A stretch of 64,000 bases of DNA from Eledone cirrhosa. Taxonomy: Eukaryota. The notes under the pieces were generated by a model. It was not told the DNA's origin, ran no database searches, and saw only the letters and a program-made list of their open reading frames with translations. Below are positions 46,401 to 61,171 of this stretch, one piece after another. The stretch spans positions 9,672,001 through 9,736,000 of the forward strand of contig OZ024744.1 in the NCBI GenBank assembly GCA_964016885.1. The letters run 5' to 3'. The translations under genes and the position numbers were made by a program. How positions within the stretch are numbered: position 1 is the stretch's first letter; every line of letters begins with the position of its first letter.

Positions 46401-49400
46401 CTCACATGTCCATACCATCTCAGTCTTCTCTCCCACACACCACAACTTATCCCTCTTATACACAGTTTCCCTCTCAACTAAGCACATATCCCTACCATCT
46501 CACTCTTCTCTCCCACACACTACAACTTATCCCTCTCATACACAGTTTTTCTCTCAACACATCACATGTCCATACCATCTCAGTCTTCTCTCCCACATAC
46601 TACAACTTATCCCTCTTATACACAGTTTCCCTCTCAACACATCACATGTCCATACCATCTCACTCTTCTCTCCCACGCACTACAACTTATCCCTCTTATA
46701 CACAGTTTCTCTCTCAACACATCACATGTCCATACCATCTCAGTCTTCTGTCCCACACACTACAACTCATCCCTCTTATACACAGTTTCTCTCTTAAAGT
46801 GTCCATACCATCTCAGTCTTCTCTCCCACACACTACAACTTATCCCTCTTATACCCAGTTTCCCTTTCAACACGTCACATGTCCATATCATATCTGTCTA
46901 CTCTCCCTCGCACCACAATTTATCCCTCTTATACACAGTTTCCTCTCAACACATCACATGTCCATACCATCTCAGCCTTCTCTCCCACACACCACAACTT
47001 ATCCCTCTAATACACAGTTTCTCTCTTAACGTGTCAATACCATCTCAGTCTTCTCTCCCACACACTACAACTTATCCCTCTTATACCCAGTTTCTCACTT
47101 AACACCTCACATGTCCATACCATCTCAGTCTTCTCTCCCAATCACTACAACTTATCTCTCTTATACCCAGTTTCTCTCTCAACTAATCACATGTCCATAC
47201 CATCTCAGTTTTCTCTCCCACACACTACAACTTATCCCTCTTATACCCAGTTTCTCTCTTAACACCTCACATGTCCATACCATCTCAGTCTTCTCTCCCA
47301 CACACCACAACTTATCCCTCTTATACACAGTTTCCCTCTCAACTAATCACATATCCCTACCATCTCACTCTTCTCTCCCACACACTACAACTTATCCCTC
47401 TTATACCCAGTTTCCCTTTCAACACGTCACATGTCCATACCATATCTGTCTACTCTCCCTCGCACCACAATTTATCCCTCTTATACACAGTTTCCTCTCA
47501 ACACATCACATGTCCATACCATCTCAGCCTTCTCTCCCACACACCACAACTTATCCCTCTAATACACAGTTTCTCTCTTAACGTGTCAATACCATCTCAG
47601 TCTTCTCTCCCACACACTACAACTTATCCCTCTTATACCCAGTTTCTCACTTAACACCTCACATGTCCATACCATCTCAGTCTTCTCTCCCAATCACTAC
47701 AACTTATCTCTCTTATACCCAGTTTCTCTCTCAACTAATCACATGTCCATACCATCTCAGTTTTCTCTCCCACACACTACAACTTATCCCTCTTATACCC
47801 AGTTTCTCTCTCAACTCATCACATGTCCATGCCATCTCAGTTTTCTCTCCCACATACCACAACTTATTCCTCTTATACACAGTTTGCCTCTCAACACATC
47901 ACATGTCCATACCATCTCAGTCTTCCCTCCGATACACCACAACTTATCCCTCTCATACACTGTTTCCCTCTCAACACATCACATATTCATACCATCTCAG
48001 TCTTCTCTCCCTCACACTACAACTTATCCCTCTTATACACAGTTTCTCTCTCAACACATCACATGTCCATACCATCTCTGTCTTCTGTCCCACACACTAC
48101 AACTCATCCCTCTTATACACAGTTTCTCTCTTAAAGTGTCCATACCATCTCAGTCTTCTCTCCCACACACTACAACTTATCCCTCTTATACCCAGTTTCC
48201 CATTCAACACGTCACATGTCCATACCATATCTGTCTACTCTCCCTTGCACCACAATTTATCCCTCTGATACACAGTTTCCTCTCAACACATCACATGTCC
48301 ATACCATCTCAGCCTTCTCTCCCACACACCACAACTTATCCCTCTAATACACAGTTTCTCTCTTAACATGTCAATACCATCTCAGTCTTCTCTCCCACAC
48401 ACTACAACTTATCCCTCTTATACCCAGTTTCTCTCTTAACACCTCACATTTCCATACCATCTCAGTCTTCTCTCCCAATCACTATAACTTATCCTTCTCA
48501 TACACAGTTTCTCTCTCAACTCCTCACATGTCCATACCATCTCAGTCTTCTCTCCCACACACTACTACTTATCCCTCTTATACACAGTTTTTCTCTCAAC
48601 ACATCACATATTCATACCATCTCAGTCTTCTCTCCCTCACACTACAACTTATCCCTCTTATACACAGTTTCTCTCTCAACACATCACATGTCCATACCAT
48701 CTCTGTCTTCTCTCCTCCACACCACAACTTATCCCTCTTATACACAGTTTCTCTCTCAACACTTCACATGACCATACCATCTCAGTCTTCTCACCGACAC
48801 ACCACAACTAATCCCTCTTATACACAGTTTCTCTCTCAACTGATCACATATCCATAGCATCTCAGCCTTCTCTCCCACACACCACAACTTATCCCTCTAA
48901 TACACAGTTTGTCTCTTAACGTGTCAATACCATCTCAGTCTTCTCTCCCACACACTACAACTTATCCCTCTTATACCCAGTTTCTCTCTTAACACCACAC
49001 ATGTCCATACCATCTCAGTTTTCTCTCCCACACACTACAACTTATCCTTCTTATACACAGTTTCTCTCTCAACTCCTCACATGTCCATACCATCTCAGTC
49101 TTCTCTCCCACACACTACTACTTATCCCTCTTATACACAGTTTTTCTCCCAACTCATCACATGTCCTTTCCATCACAGTCTTCTCTCCCACACACTACAA
49201 CTTATCTCTCTTATACACAGTTTCTCTCTCAAATCATCACATATCCATACAATCTCAGTCTTCTCTCCCACACACCACAACTTATCCCTCTTATACACAG
49301 TTTCCCTCTCAACTCATCACATATCCCTACCATCTCACACTTCTCTCCCACACACTACAACTTATCCCTCTTATACACAGTTTCTCTCTCAACACATCAC

Positions 49401-52400
49401 ATGTCCATACCATCTCAGTCTTCTCACCCACACACCACAACTAATCCTTCTTATACACCGTTTCTCTCTCAACTCATCACATGTCCATACCATCTAACTC
49501 TTCTCTCCCACACACCACAACTTATCCTTCTCATACACAGTTTCTCTCTCAACTCCTCACATGTCCATACCATCTAACTCTTCTCTCCCACACACTACTA
49601 CTTATCCCTCTTATACACAGTTTTTCCCTCAACTCATCACATGTCCTTACCATCACAGTCTTCTCTCCCACACACTACAACTTATCCCTCTTATACACAG
49701 TTTCTCTCTCAACACATCACATGTTCATACCATCTCTGTCTTCTCACCCACACACCACAACTAATCCTTCTTATACACAGTATCTCTCTCAACTCGTCAC
49801 ATGTCCATACCATCTAACTCTTCTCTCCCACACACTATAACTTATCCCTCTAATACACAGTTTCTCTCTTAACGTTTCCATACCATCGCAGTTTTCTCTC
49901 CCACACACCACAACTTGCCCCTCTTATACACAGTATCTCTCTCAACACATCACATGTCCATACCATCTAACTCTTCTCTCCCACACACTATAACTTATCC
50001 TTCTTATACACAGTTTCTCTCTCAACTCCTCAGATGTCCATATCATCTCAGTCTTCTCTCCCACGCACTACTACTTATCCCTCTAATACACAGTTTCTCT
50101 CTCAACTCATCACATGTCCTTTCCAGCACAGTCTTCTCTCCCACACACTACAACTTATCCCTCTTATACACAGTTTCTCTCTCAACTCATCACATATCCA
50201 TAGCATCTCAGCCTTCTCTCCCACACACCACAACTTATCCCTCTAATACACAGTTTCTCTCTTAACGTGTCCATACCATCTCAGTCTTCTCTCCCACACA
50301 CTACAACTTATCCCTCTTATACTCTGTTTCTCTCTTTACACCTCACATGTCCATACCATCTCAGTCTTCTCTCCCACACACTACAACTTATCCCTCTTAT
50401 ACACAGTTTCTCTCTCAACACATCACATGTCCATACCATCTCAGTCTTCTCTCTCACACACTACAACTTATCCCTCTTATACCCAGTTTCTCTCTTAACA
50501 CCTCACATGTCCATACCTTCTCACTCTTCTCTCCCACGCACTACAACTTATCCCTCTTATACACAGTTTCTCTCTCAACACATCACATGTCCATACCATC
50601 TCAGTCTTCTGTCCCACACACTACAACTCATCCCTCTTATACACAGTTTCTCTCTTAAAGTGTCCATACCATCTCAGTCTTCTCTCCCACACACTACAAC
50701 TTATCCCTCTTATACCCAGTTTCCCTTTCAAAACGTCACATGTCCATACCATATCTGTCTACTCTCCCTCGCACCACAATTTATCCCTCTTATACACAGT
50801 TTCCTCTCAACACATCACATGTCCATACCATCTCAGCCTTCTCTCCCACACACCACAACTTATCCCTCTAATAAACAGTTTCTCTCTTAACGTGTCAATA
50901 CCATCTCAGTCTTCTCTCCCACACACTACAACTTATCCCTCTTACACCCAGTTTCTCTCTTAACACCTCACATGTCCATACCATCTCAGTCTTCTCTCCC
51001 AATCACTACAACTTATCTCTCTTATACCCAGTTTCTCTCTCAACTAATCACATGTCCATACCATCTCAGTTTTCTCTCCCACACACTACAACTTATCCCT
51101 CTTATACCCAGTTTCTCTCTCAACTCATCACATGTCCATGCCATCTCAATTTTTTTCTCTCCCACATACCACAACTTATCCCTCTTATACACAGTTTGCC
51201 TCTCAACACATCACATGTCCATACCATCTCAGTCTTCCCTCCGATACACCACAACTTATCCCTCTCATACACTGTTTCCCTCTCAACACATCACATATTC
51301 ATACCATCTCAGTCTTCTCTCCCCCACACCACAACTTATCCCTCTTATATACAGTTTCTCTCTCAACACATCACATGACCATACCATCTCAGTCTTCTCA
51401 CCGACACACCACAACTAATCCCTCTTATACACAGTTTCTCTCTCAACTGATCACATATCCATAGCATCTCAGTCTTCTGTCCCACACACTACAAATTATC
51501 CCTCTAATACACAGTTTGTCTCTTAACGTGTCAATACCATCTCAGTCTTCTCTCCCACACACTACAACTTATCCCTCTTATACCCAGTTTCTCTCTTAAC
51601 ACCTCACATGTCCATACCATCTCAGTCTTCTCTCCCAATCACTACAACTTATCTCTCTTATACCCTGTTTCTTTTTCAACTCATCACATGTCCATACCAT
51701 CGCAGTTTTCTCTCCCACACACTATAACTTATCCTTCTTATACACAGTTTCTCTCTCAACTCCTCACATATCCATACTATCTCAGTCTTCTCTCCCACAC
51801 ACTACTACTTATCCCTCTTATACACAGTTTTTCTCTCAACTCATCACATGTCCTTTCCATCACAGTCTTCTCTCCCACACACTACAACTTATCTCTCTTA
51901 TACACAGTTTCTCTCTCAACTCATCACATATCCATACAATCTCAGTCTTCTCTCCCACACACTACAACTTATCCCTCTTATACACAGTTTCTCTCTCAAC
52001 ACATCACATGTCCATACCATCTCAGTCTTCTCTCCCACATACTACAACTTATCCCTCTTATACACAGTTTCCCTCTCAACTCATCACATATCCCTACCAT
52101 CTCACTCTTCTCTCCCACACACTACAACTTATCCCTCTTATACACAGTTTCTCTCTCAACACATCACATGTCCATACCATCTCAGTCTTCTCACCCACAC
52201 ACCACAACTTATCCTTCTCATACACAGTTTCTCTCTCAACTCCTCACATGTCCATACCATCTCAGTCTTCTCTCCCACACACTACTACTTATCCCTCTTA
52301 TACACAGTTTTTCCCTCAACTCATCACATGTCCTTACCATCACAGTCTTCTCTCCCACACACTACAACTTATCCCTCTTATACACAGTTTCTCTCTCAAC

Positions 52401-55400
52401 ACATCACATGTCTATACCATCTCAGTCTTCTCTCCCACACACCACAACTAATCCTTCTTATACACAGTATCTCTCTCAACTCGTCACATGTCCCTACCAT
52501 CAAACTCTTCTCTCCCACACACTATAACTTATCCTTCTTATACACAGTTTCTCTCTCAACTCATCACATGTCCTTACCATCACAGTCTTCTCTCCCACAC
52601 ACTACAACTTATCCCTCTTATACACAGTTTCTCTCTCAACACATCACATGTCCATACCATCTCAGTCTTCTCTCCCACACACTACTACTTATCCCTCTTA
52701 TACACAGTTTTTCCCTCAACTCATCACATGTCCTTACCATCACAGTCTTCTCTCCCACACACTACAACTTATCCCTCTTATACACAGTATCTCTCTCAAC
52801 ACATCACATGTCTATACCATCTCAGTCTTCTCTCCCACACACCACAACTAATCCTTCTTATACACCATTTCTCTCTCAACTCATCACATGTCCATACCAT
52901 CTAACTCTTCTCTCCCACACACTATAACTTATCCTTCTTATACACAGTTTCTCTCTCAACTCATCACATGTCCTTACCATCACAGTCTTCTCTCCCACAC
53001 ACTACAACTTATCCCTCTTATACACAGTTTCTCTCTCAACACATCACATGTTCATACCATCTCTGTCTTCTCACCCACACACCACAACTAATCCTTCTTA
53101 TACACAGTATCTCTCTCAACTCGTCACGTGTCCATACCATCTAACTCTTCTCTCCCACACACTATAACTTATCCCTCTAATACACAGTTTCTCTCTTAAC
53201 GTTTGCATACCATCGCAGTTTTCTCTCCCACACACCACAACTTGCCCCTCTTATACACAGTATCTCTCTCAACACATCACATGTCCATACCATCTCAGTC
53301 TTCTCTCCCACACACCACAACTAATCCTTCTTATACACCATTTCTCTCTCAACTCATCACATGTCCATACCATCTAACTCTTCTCTCCCACGCACTACTA
53401 CTTATCCCTCTTATAAACAGTTTTTCTCTCAACTCATCACATGTCCTTTCCAGCACAGTCTTCTCTCCCACACACTACAACTTATCCCTCTTATACACAG
53501 TTTCTCTCTCAACTCATCACATATCCATAGCATCTCAGCCTTCTCTTCCACACACCACAACTTATCCCTCTAATACACAGTTTCTCTCTTAACGAGTCCA
53601 TACCATCTCAGTCTTCTCTCCCACACACTACAACTTATCCCTCTTATACTCTGTTTCTCTCTTAACACCTCACATGTCCATACCATCTCAGTCTTCTCTC
53701 CCACACACTACAACTTATCCCTCTTATACCCAGTTTCTCTCTTAACACATCACATGTCCATACCATCTCAGTCTTCTCTCTCACACACTACGACTTATCC
53801 CTCTTATACCCAGTTTCTCTCTTAACACCTCACATGTCCATACCATCTCAGTCTTCTCTCCCACACACCACAACTTATCCCTCTTATACACAGTTTCCCT
53901 CTCAACTCATCACATATCCCTACCATCTCACTTTTCTCTCCCACACACTACAACTTATCCCTCTCATACACAGTTTTTCTCTCAACACATCACATGTCCA
54001 TACCATCTCAGTCTTCTCTCCCACATACTACAACTTATCCCTCTTATACACAGTTTCCCTCTCAACTCATCACATGTCCCTACCATCTCACTCTTCTCTC
54101 CCACGCACTACAACTTATCCCTCTTATACACAGTTTCTCTCTCAACACATCACATGTCCATACCATCTCAGTCTTCTGTCCCACACACTACAACTCATCC
54201 CTCTTATACACAGTTTCTCTCTTAAAGTGTCCATACCATCTCAGTCTTCTCTCCCACACACTACAACTTATCCCTCTTATACCCAGTTTCCCTTTCAACA
54301 CGTCACATGTCCATACCATATCTGTCTACTCTCCCTCGCACCACAATTTATCCCTCTTATACACAGTTTCCTCTCAACACATCACATGTCCATACCATCT
54401 CAGCCTTCTCTCCCACACACCACAACTTATCCCTCTAATACACAGTTTCTCTCTTAACGTGTCAATACCATCTCAGTCTTCTCTCCCACACACTACAACT
54501 TATCCCTCTTATACCCAGTTTCTCTCTTAACACCTCACATGTCCATACCATCTCAGTCTTCTCTCCCAATCACTACAACTTATCTCTCTTATACCCAGTT
54601 TCTCTCTCAACTAATCACATGTCCATACCATCTCAGTTTTCTCTCCCACACACTACAACTTATCCCTCTTATACCCAGTTTCTCTCTCAACTCATCACAT
54701 GTCCATGCCATCTCAGTTTTCTCTCCCACATACCACAACTTATCCCTCTTATACACAGTTTGCCTCTCAACACATCACAAGTCCATACCATCTCAGTCTT
54801 CCCTCCGATACACCACAACTTATCCCTCTCATACACTGTTTCCCTCTCAACACATCACATATTCATACCATCTCAGTCTTCTCTCCCTCACACTACAACT
54901 TATCCCTCTTATACACAGTTTCTCTCTCAACACATCACATGTCCATACCATCTCAGTCTTCTGTCCCACACACTACAACTCATCCCTCTTATACACAGTT
55001 TCTCTCTTAAAGTGTCCATACCATCTCAGTCTTCTCTCCCACACACTACAACTTATCCCTCTTATACCCAGTTTCCCTTTCAACACATCACATGTCCATA
55101 CCATATCTGTCTACTCTCCCTTGCACCACAATTTATCCCTCTTATACACAGTTTCCTCTCAACACATCACATGTCCATACCATCTCAGCCTTCTCTCCCA
55201 CACACCACAACTTATCCCTCTAATACACAGTTTCTCTCTTAACGTGTCAATACCATCTCAGTCTTCTCTCCCACACACTACAACTTATCCCTCTTATACC
55301 CAGTTTCTCTCTTAACACCTCACATGTCCATACCATCTCAGTCTTCTCTCCCAATCACTACAACTTATCTCTCTTATACCCAGTTTCTTTTTCAACTCAT

Positions 55401-58400
55401 CACATGTCCATACCATCGCAGTTTTCTCTCCCACACACTATAACTTATCCTTCTTATACACAGTTTCTCTCTCAACTCCTCACATGTCCATACCATCTCA
55501 GTCTTCTCTCCCACACTCTACTACTTATCCCTCTTATACACAGTTTTTCTCTCAACTCATCACATGTCCTTTCCATCACAGTCTTCTCTCCCACACACTA
55601 CAACTTATCTCTCTTATACACAGTTTCTCTCTCAACTCATCACATATCCATACAATCTCAGTCTTCTCTCCCACACACTACAACTTATCCCTCTTATACC
55701 CAGTTTCTCTCTTAACACCTGACATGTCCATACCTTCTCAGTCTTCTCTCCCACACACCACAACTTATCCCTCTTATACACAGTTTCCCTCTCAACTCGT
55801 CACATATCCCTACCATCTCACACTTCTCTCCCACACACTACAACTTATCCCTCTTATACACAGTTTCTCTCTCAACACATCACATGTCCATACCATCTCA
55901 GTCTTCTCTCCCACATACTACAACTTATCCCTCTTATACACAGTTTCCCTCTCAACTCATCACATATCCCTACCATCTCACTCTTCTCTCCCACACACTA
56001 CAACTTATCCCTCTTATACACAGTTTCTCTCTCAACACATCACATGTCCATACCATCTCAGTCTTCTCACCCACACACCACAACTAATCCTTCTTATACA
56101 CCGTTTCTCTCTCAACTCATCACATGTCCATACCATCTAACTCTTCTCTCCCACACACCACAACTTATCCTTCTCATACACAGTTTCTCTCTCAACTCCT
56201 CACATGTCCATACCATCTCAGTCTTCTCTCCCACACACTACTACTTATCCCTCTTATACACAGTTTTTCCCTCAACTCATCACATGTCCTTACCATCACA
56301 GTCTTCTCTCCCACACACTACAACTTATCCCTCTTATACACAGTTTCTCTCTCAACACATCACATGTTCATACCATCTCTGTCTTCTCACCCACACACCA
56401 CAACTAATCCTTCTTATACACAGTATCTCTCTCAACTCGTCACGTGTCCATACCATCTAACTCTTCTCTCCCACACACTATAACTTATCCCTCTAATACA
56501 CAGTTTCTCTCTTAACGTTTCCATACCATCGCAGTTTTCTCTCCCACACACCACAACTTGCCCCTCTTATACACAGTATCTCTCTCAACACATCACATGT
56601 CCATACCATCTCAGTCTTCTCTCCCACACACCACAACTAATCCTTCTTATACACCATTTCTCTCTCAACTCATCACATGTCCATACCATCTAACTCTTCT
56701 CTCCCACGCACTACTACTTATCCCTCTTATACACAGTTTTTCTCTCAACTCATCACATGTCCTTTCCAGCACAGTCTTCTCTCCCACACACTACAACTTA
56801 TCCCTCTTATACACAGTTTCTCTCTCAACTCATCACATATCCATAGCATCTCAGCCTTCTCTTCCACACACCACAACTTATCCCTCTAATACACAGTTTC
56901 TCTCTTAACGTGTCCATACCATCTCAGTCTTCTCTCCCACACACTACAACTTATCCCTCTTATACTCTGTTTCTCTCTTAACACCTCACATGTCCATACC
57001 ATCTCAGTCTTCTCTCCCACACACTACAACTTATCCCTCTTATACACAGTTTCGCTCTCAACACATCACATGTCCATACCATCTCAGTCTTCTCTCTCAC
57101 ACACTACAACTTATCCCTCTTATACCCAGTTTCTCTCTTAACACCTCACATGTCCATACCATCTCAGTCTTCTCTCCCACACACCACAACTTATCCCTCT
57201 TATACACAGTTTCCCTCTCAACTCATCACATATCCCTACCATCTCACTCTTCTCTCCCACACACTACAACTTATCCCTCTCATACACAGTTTTTCTCTCA
57301 ACACATCACATGTCCATACCATCTCAGTCTTCTCTCCCACATACTACAACTTATCCCTCTTATACACAGTTTCCCTCTCAACTCATCACATGTCCCTACC
57401 ATCTCACTCTTCTCTCCCACGCACTACAACTTATCCCTCTTATACACAGTTTCTCTCTCAACACATCACATGTCCATACCATCTCAGTCTTCTGTCCCAC
57501 ACACTACAACTCATCCCTCTTATACACAGTTTCTCTCTTAAAGTGTCCATACCATCTCAGTCTTCTCTCCCACACACTACAACTTATCCCTCTTATACCC
57601 AGTTTCCCTTTCAACACATCACATGTCCATACCATATCTGTCTACTCTCCCTCGCACCACAATTTATCCCTCTTATACACAGTTTCCTCTCAACACATCA
57701 CATGTCCATACCATCTCAGCCTTCTCTCCCACACACCACAACTTATCCCTCTAATACACAGTTTCTCTCTTAACGTGTCAATACCATCTCAGTCTTCTCT
57801 CCCACACACTACAACTTATCCCTCTTATACCCAGTTTCTCTCTTAACACCTCACATGTCCATACCATCTCAGTCTTCTCTCCCAATCACTACAACTTATC
57901 TCTCTTATACCCAGTTTCTTTTTCAACTCATCACATGTCTATACCATCGCAGTTTTCTCTCCCACACACACTAACTTATCCTTCTTATACACAGTTTCTC
58001 TCTCAACTCCTCACATGTCCATACCATCTCAGTCTTCTCTCCCACACACTACTACTTATCCCTCTTTAACACAGTTTTTCTCTCAACTCATCACATGTCC
58101 TTTCCATCACAGTCTTCTCTCCCACACACTACAACTTATCCCTCTTATACACAGTTTCTCTCTCAACACATCACATATCCATACCATCTCAGTCTTCTCT
58201 CCCACACACTACAACTTATCCCTCTTATACACAGTTTTTCTCTCAACTCATCACATGTCCTTTCCATCACAGTCTTCTCTCCCACACACTACAACTTATC
58301 CCTCTTATACACAGTTTCTCTCTCCTCTCATCACATATCCATACCATCTCAGTCTTCTCTCCCCCACACTACAACTTATCCCTCTTATACACAGTTTCTC

Positions 58401-60878
58401 TCTCAACACATCACATGTCCATACCATCTCAGTCTTCTCTCCCACACACCACAACTTATCCCTCTTATACACAGTTTCTCTCTTAACACCTCACATGTCC
58501 ATACCTTCTCAGTCTTCTCTCCCACACACCACAACTTATCCCTCTTATACACAGTTTCCCTCTCAACTCATCACATATCCCTACCATCTCACTCTTCTCT
58601 CCCACACACTACAACTTATCCCTCTTATACACAGTTTCCCTGTCAACAGGTCACATGTCCATACCAAATCTGTCTTCTCTCCCTCACACAACAACTTATC
58701 CCTCTTATACACAGTTTCCCTCTCAACACATCACATGTCCATACCATCTCAGTCTTCTCTCCCACACACTACAACTTATCCCTCTGATACACAGTTTCCC
58801 TCTCAACTCATCACATATCCCTACCATCTCACTCTTCTCTCCCACACACTACAACTTATCCCTCTTATACACAGTTTCCCTCTCAACAGGTCACATGTCC
58901 ATACCAAATCTGTCTTCTCTCCCTCACACAACAACTTATCACTCTTATACACAGTTTCCCTCTCAACACATCACATGTCCATACCATCTCAGTCTTCTCA
59001 CCCACACACCACAACTAATCCTTCTTATACACCGTTTCTCTCTCAACTCATCACATGTCCATACCATCTAACTCATCTCTCCCACACACCACAACTTATC
59101 CTTCTTATTCACAGTTTCTTTCAACTCGTCACATCTCCATACCCTCTCAGTCTTCTCACCCACACACCACAACTAATCCTTCTTATACACAGTATCTCTC
59201 TCAACACATCACATGTCCATACCATCTAACTCTTCTCTCCCACACACTATAACTTATCCTTCTTATACACAGTTTCTCTCTCAACTCATCACATATCCAT
59301 AGCATCTCAGCCTTCTCTCCCACACACCACAACTTATCCCTCTAATACACAGTTTCTCTCTTAACGTTTCCATACCATCGCAGTTTTCTCTCCCACACAC
59401 CACAACTTATCCCTCTTATACACAGTATCTCTCTCAACACATCACATGTCCATACCATCTAAGTCTTCTCTCCCACACACCACAACTAATCCTTCTTATA
59501 CACCATTTCTCTCTCAACTCATCACATGTCCATGCCATCTAACTCTTCTCTCCCACACACTATAACTTATCCTTCTTATACACAGTTTCTCTCTCAACTC
59601 CTCACATGTCCATATCATCTTAGTCTTCTCTCCCACACACTACTACTTATCCCTCTTATACACAGTTTTTCTCTCAACTCATCACATGTCCTTTCCGTCA
59701 CAGTCTTCTCTCCCACACACTACAACTTATCCCTCTTATACACAATTTCTTTCTCAACACATCACATGACCATACCATCTCAGTCTTGTCTCCTGTACAC
59801 CACAACTTATCCCTCTTATACACAGTTTCCCTCTCAACACATCACATGTCCATTCCATCTCAGTCTTCTCACCCACACACCACAACTAATCCTTCTTATA
59901 CCCAGTTTCTCTCTCAACTCATCACATGTACATACCATCTCAGTCTTCTCTCCCACACACTATAACTTATCCTTCTCATACACAGTTTCTCTCTCAACAC
60001 CTCACATGTCCATACCATCTCAGTCTTCTCTCCCACACACTACTACTTATCCCTCTTATACACAGTTTCACTCTCAACACATCACATGTTCAGACCATCT
60101 CAGTCTTCTCTCCCACACACCACAGCCTATCACTCTTATACACAGTTTCTCTCTCAACACATTACATGTCCATATCATCTCAGTCTTCTCTCCCACACAC
60201 CACAACTAATCCTTCTTATACACAGTTTCTCTCTCAACACATCACATGTCCATACCATCTCAGTCTTCTCTCCCATATCACTCTTATACACCGTTTCTCT
60301 CTCAACTCATCACATGTCCCTACCATCTCACTCTTCTCTCCCACACACAAAACTTACCCCTCTTATACACAGTTTCTCTCTCAACTCATCACATATCCCT
60401 ACCATCCCACTCTTCTCTCCCACACACTACAACTTATCCCTCTTATACACAGTTTCTCTCTCAACACATCACATGTCCATACCATCTCAGTCTTCTCTCT
60501 CACATACTACAACTTATCCCTCTTATACACAGTTTCCCTCTCAACTCATCACATGTCCCTACCATCTCACTCTTCTCTCCCACACACTACAACTTATCCC
60601 TCTTATACACAGTTTCTCTCTCAACACATCACATGTCCATACCATCTCAGTCTTCTCTCCCACATACTACAACTTATCCCTCTTATACACAGTTTCTCTC
60701 TTAACGTGTCCATGCCATCTCAGTCTTCTCTCCCACATACTACAACTTATCCCTCTTATACACAGTTTCCCTCTCAACACATCACATGTCCATACCATCT
60801 CAGGCTTCTCTCCCACACACCACAACTTATCCCTCTTATACACAGTTTTTCTCTCAACACATCACATGACCATACCAT
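28431..60878. repeat. 80-bp tandem satellite (~405 monomers) derived from RTE LINE coding sequence, with higher-order duplications
   Basis: Consensus ctctctcaac(a/t)catcacatgtccataccatctcagtcttctctcccacacac(t/c)acaacttatccctcttatacacagttt. The - strand translates as LREKLCIRGISCSVWERRLRWYGHVM and aligns to the LINE at ~24541-24619 and ~27245-27322. Variants of 73, 68, 78 and 81 bp recur. Confidence 0.97.
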
Positions 60879-61158
60879 TGTGGTTAGAAAAAGCTATCTC
60901 ACTTACCGCTTTTCACAGGCGCCGCTAAATTCCACTGCAGGTACTCCTCTTCCACGTGCGTCCGACCGCTTAACACCGGGAGCTGCCCAAAACGCGTCCT
61001 CACCGTATGCTGGTCACCACTAGAGAGAGGCCCTCTCCTGGCCATTCCGGTCGAGCATCCTTCCGGTCAAAGACCCCTTCCGGTCGAGCACTCAAAAACC
61101 CCTTCCGGTCGAGCACTCCCCCCCGCCCCCGGCCACCGCACGCCACACCATACCCACA
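60879..61158 (-). repeat. 3' LTR, 280 bp, termini TGTGG...CCACA
   Basis: Begins on + immediately after the satellite sequence cataccat with tgtggtta and ends tacccaca at 61158. A purine tract caggggggcg (-) at 61168-61159 directly precedes it. Confidence 0.78.
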
Positions 61159-61168
61159 CGCCCCCCTG
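61159..61168 (-). other. Polypurine tract (plus-strand primer)
   Basis: caggggggcg lies between the integrase stop (61172) and the LTR start TGTGG. Confidence 0.7.
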
Positions 61169-61171
61169 ATC

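Noticed and set aside
28431-60878. CRISPR-like regular array
   Set aside because: Whole monomers repeat with no unique spacers, there are no cas genes, and the context is eukaryotic.
28450-60928. Dozens of overlapping + strand ORFs (MSIPSQSSLPHTTTYPSYTQF...)
   Set aside because: The 80-bp unit cycles through all three frames and is antisense to the ancestral LINE frame. There is no frame preservation.
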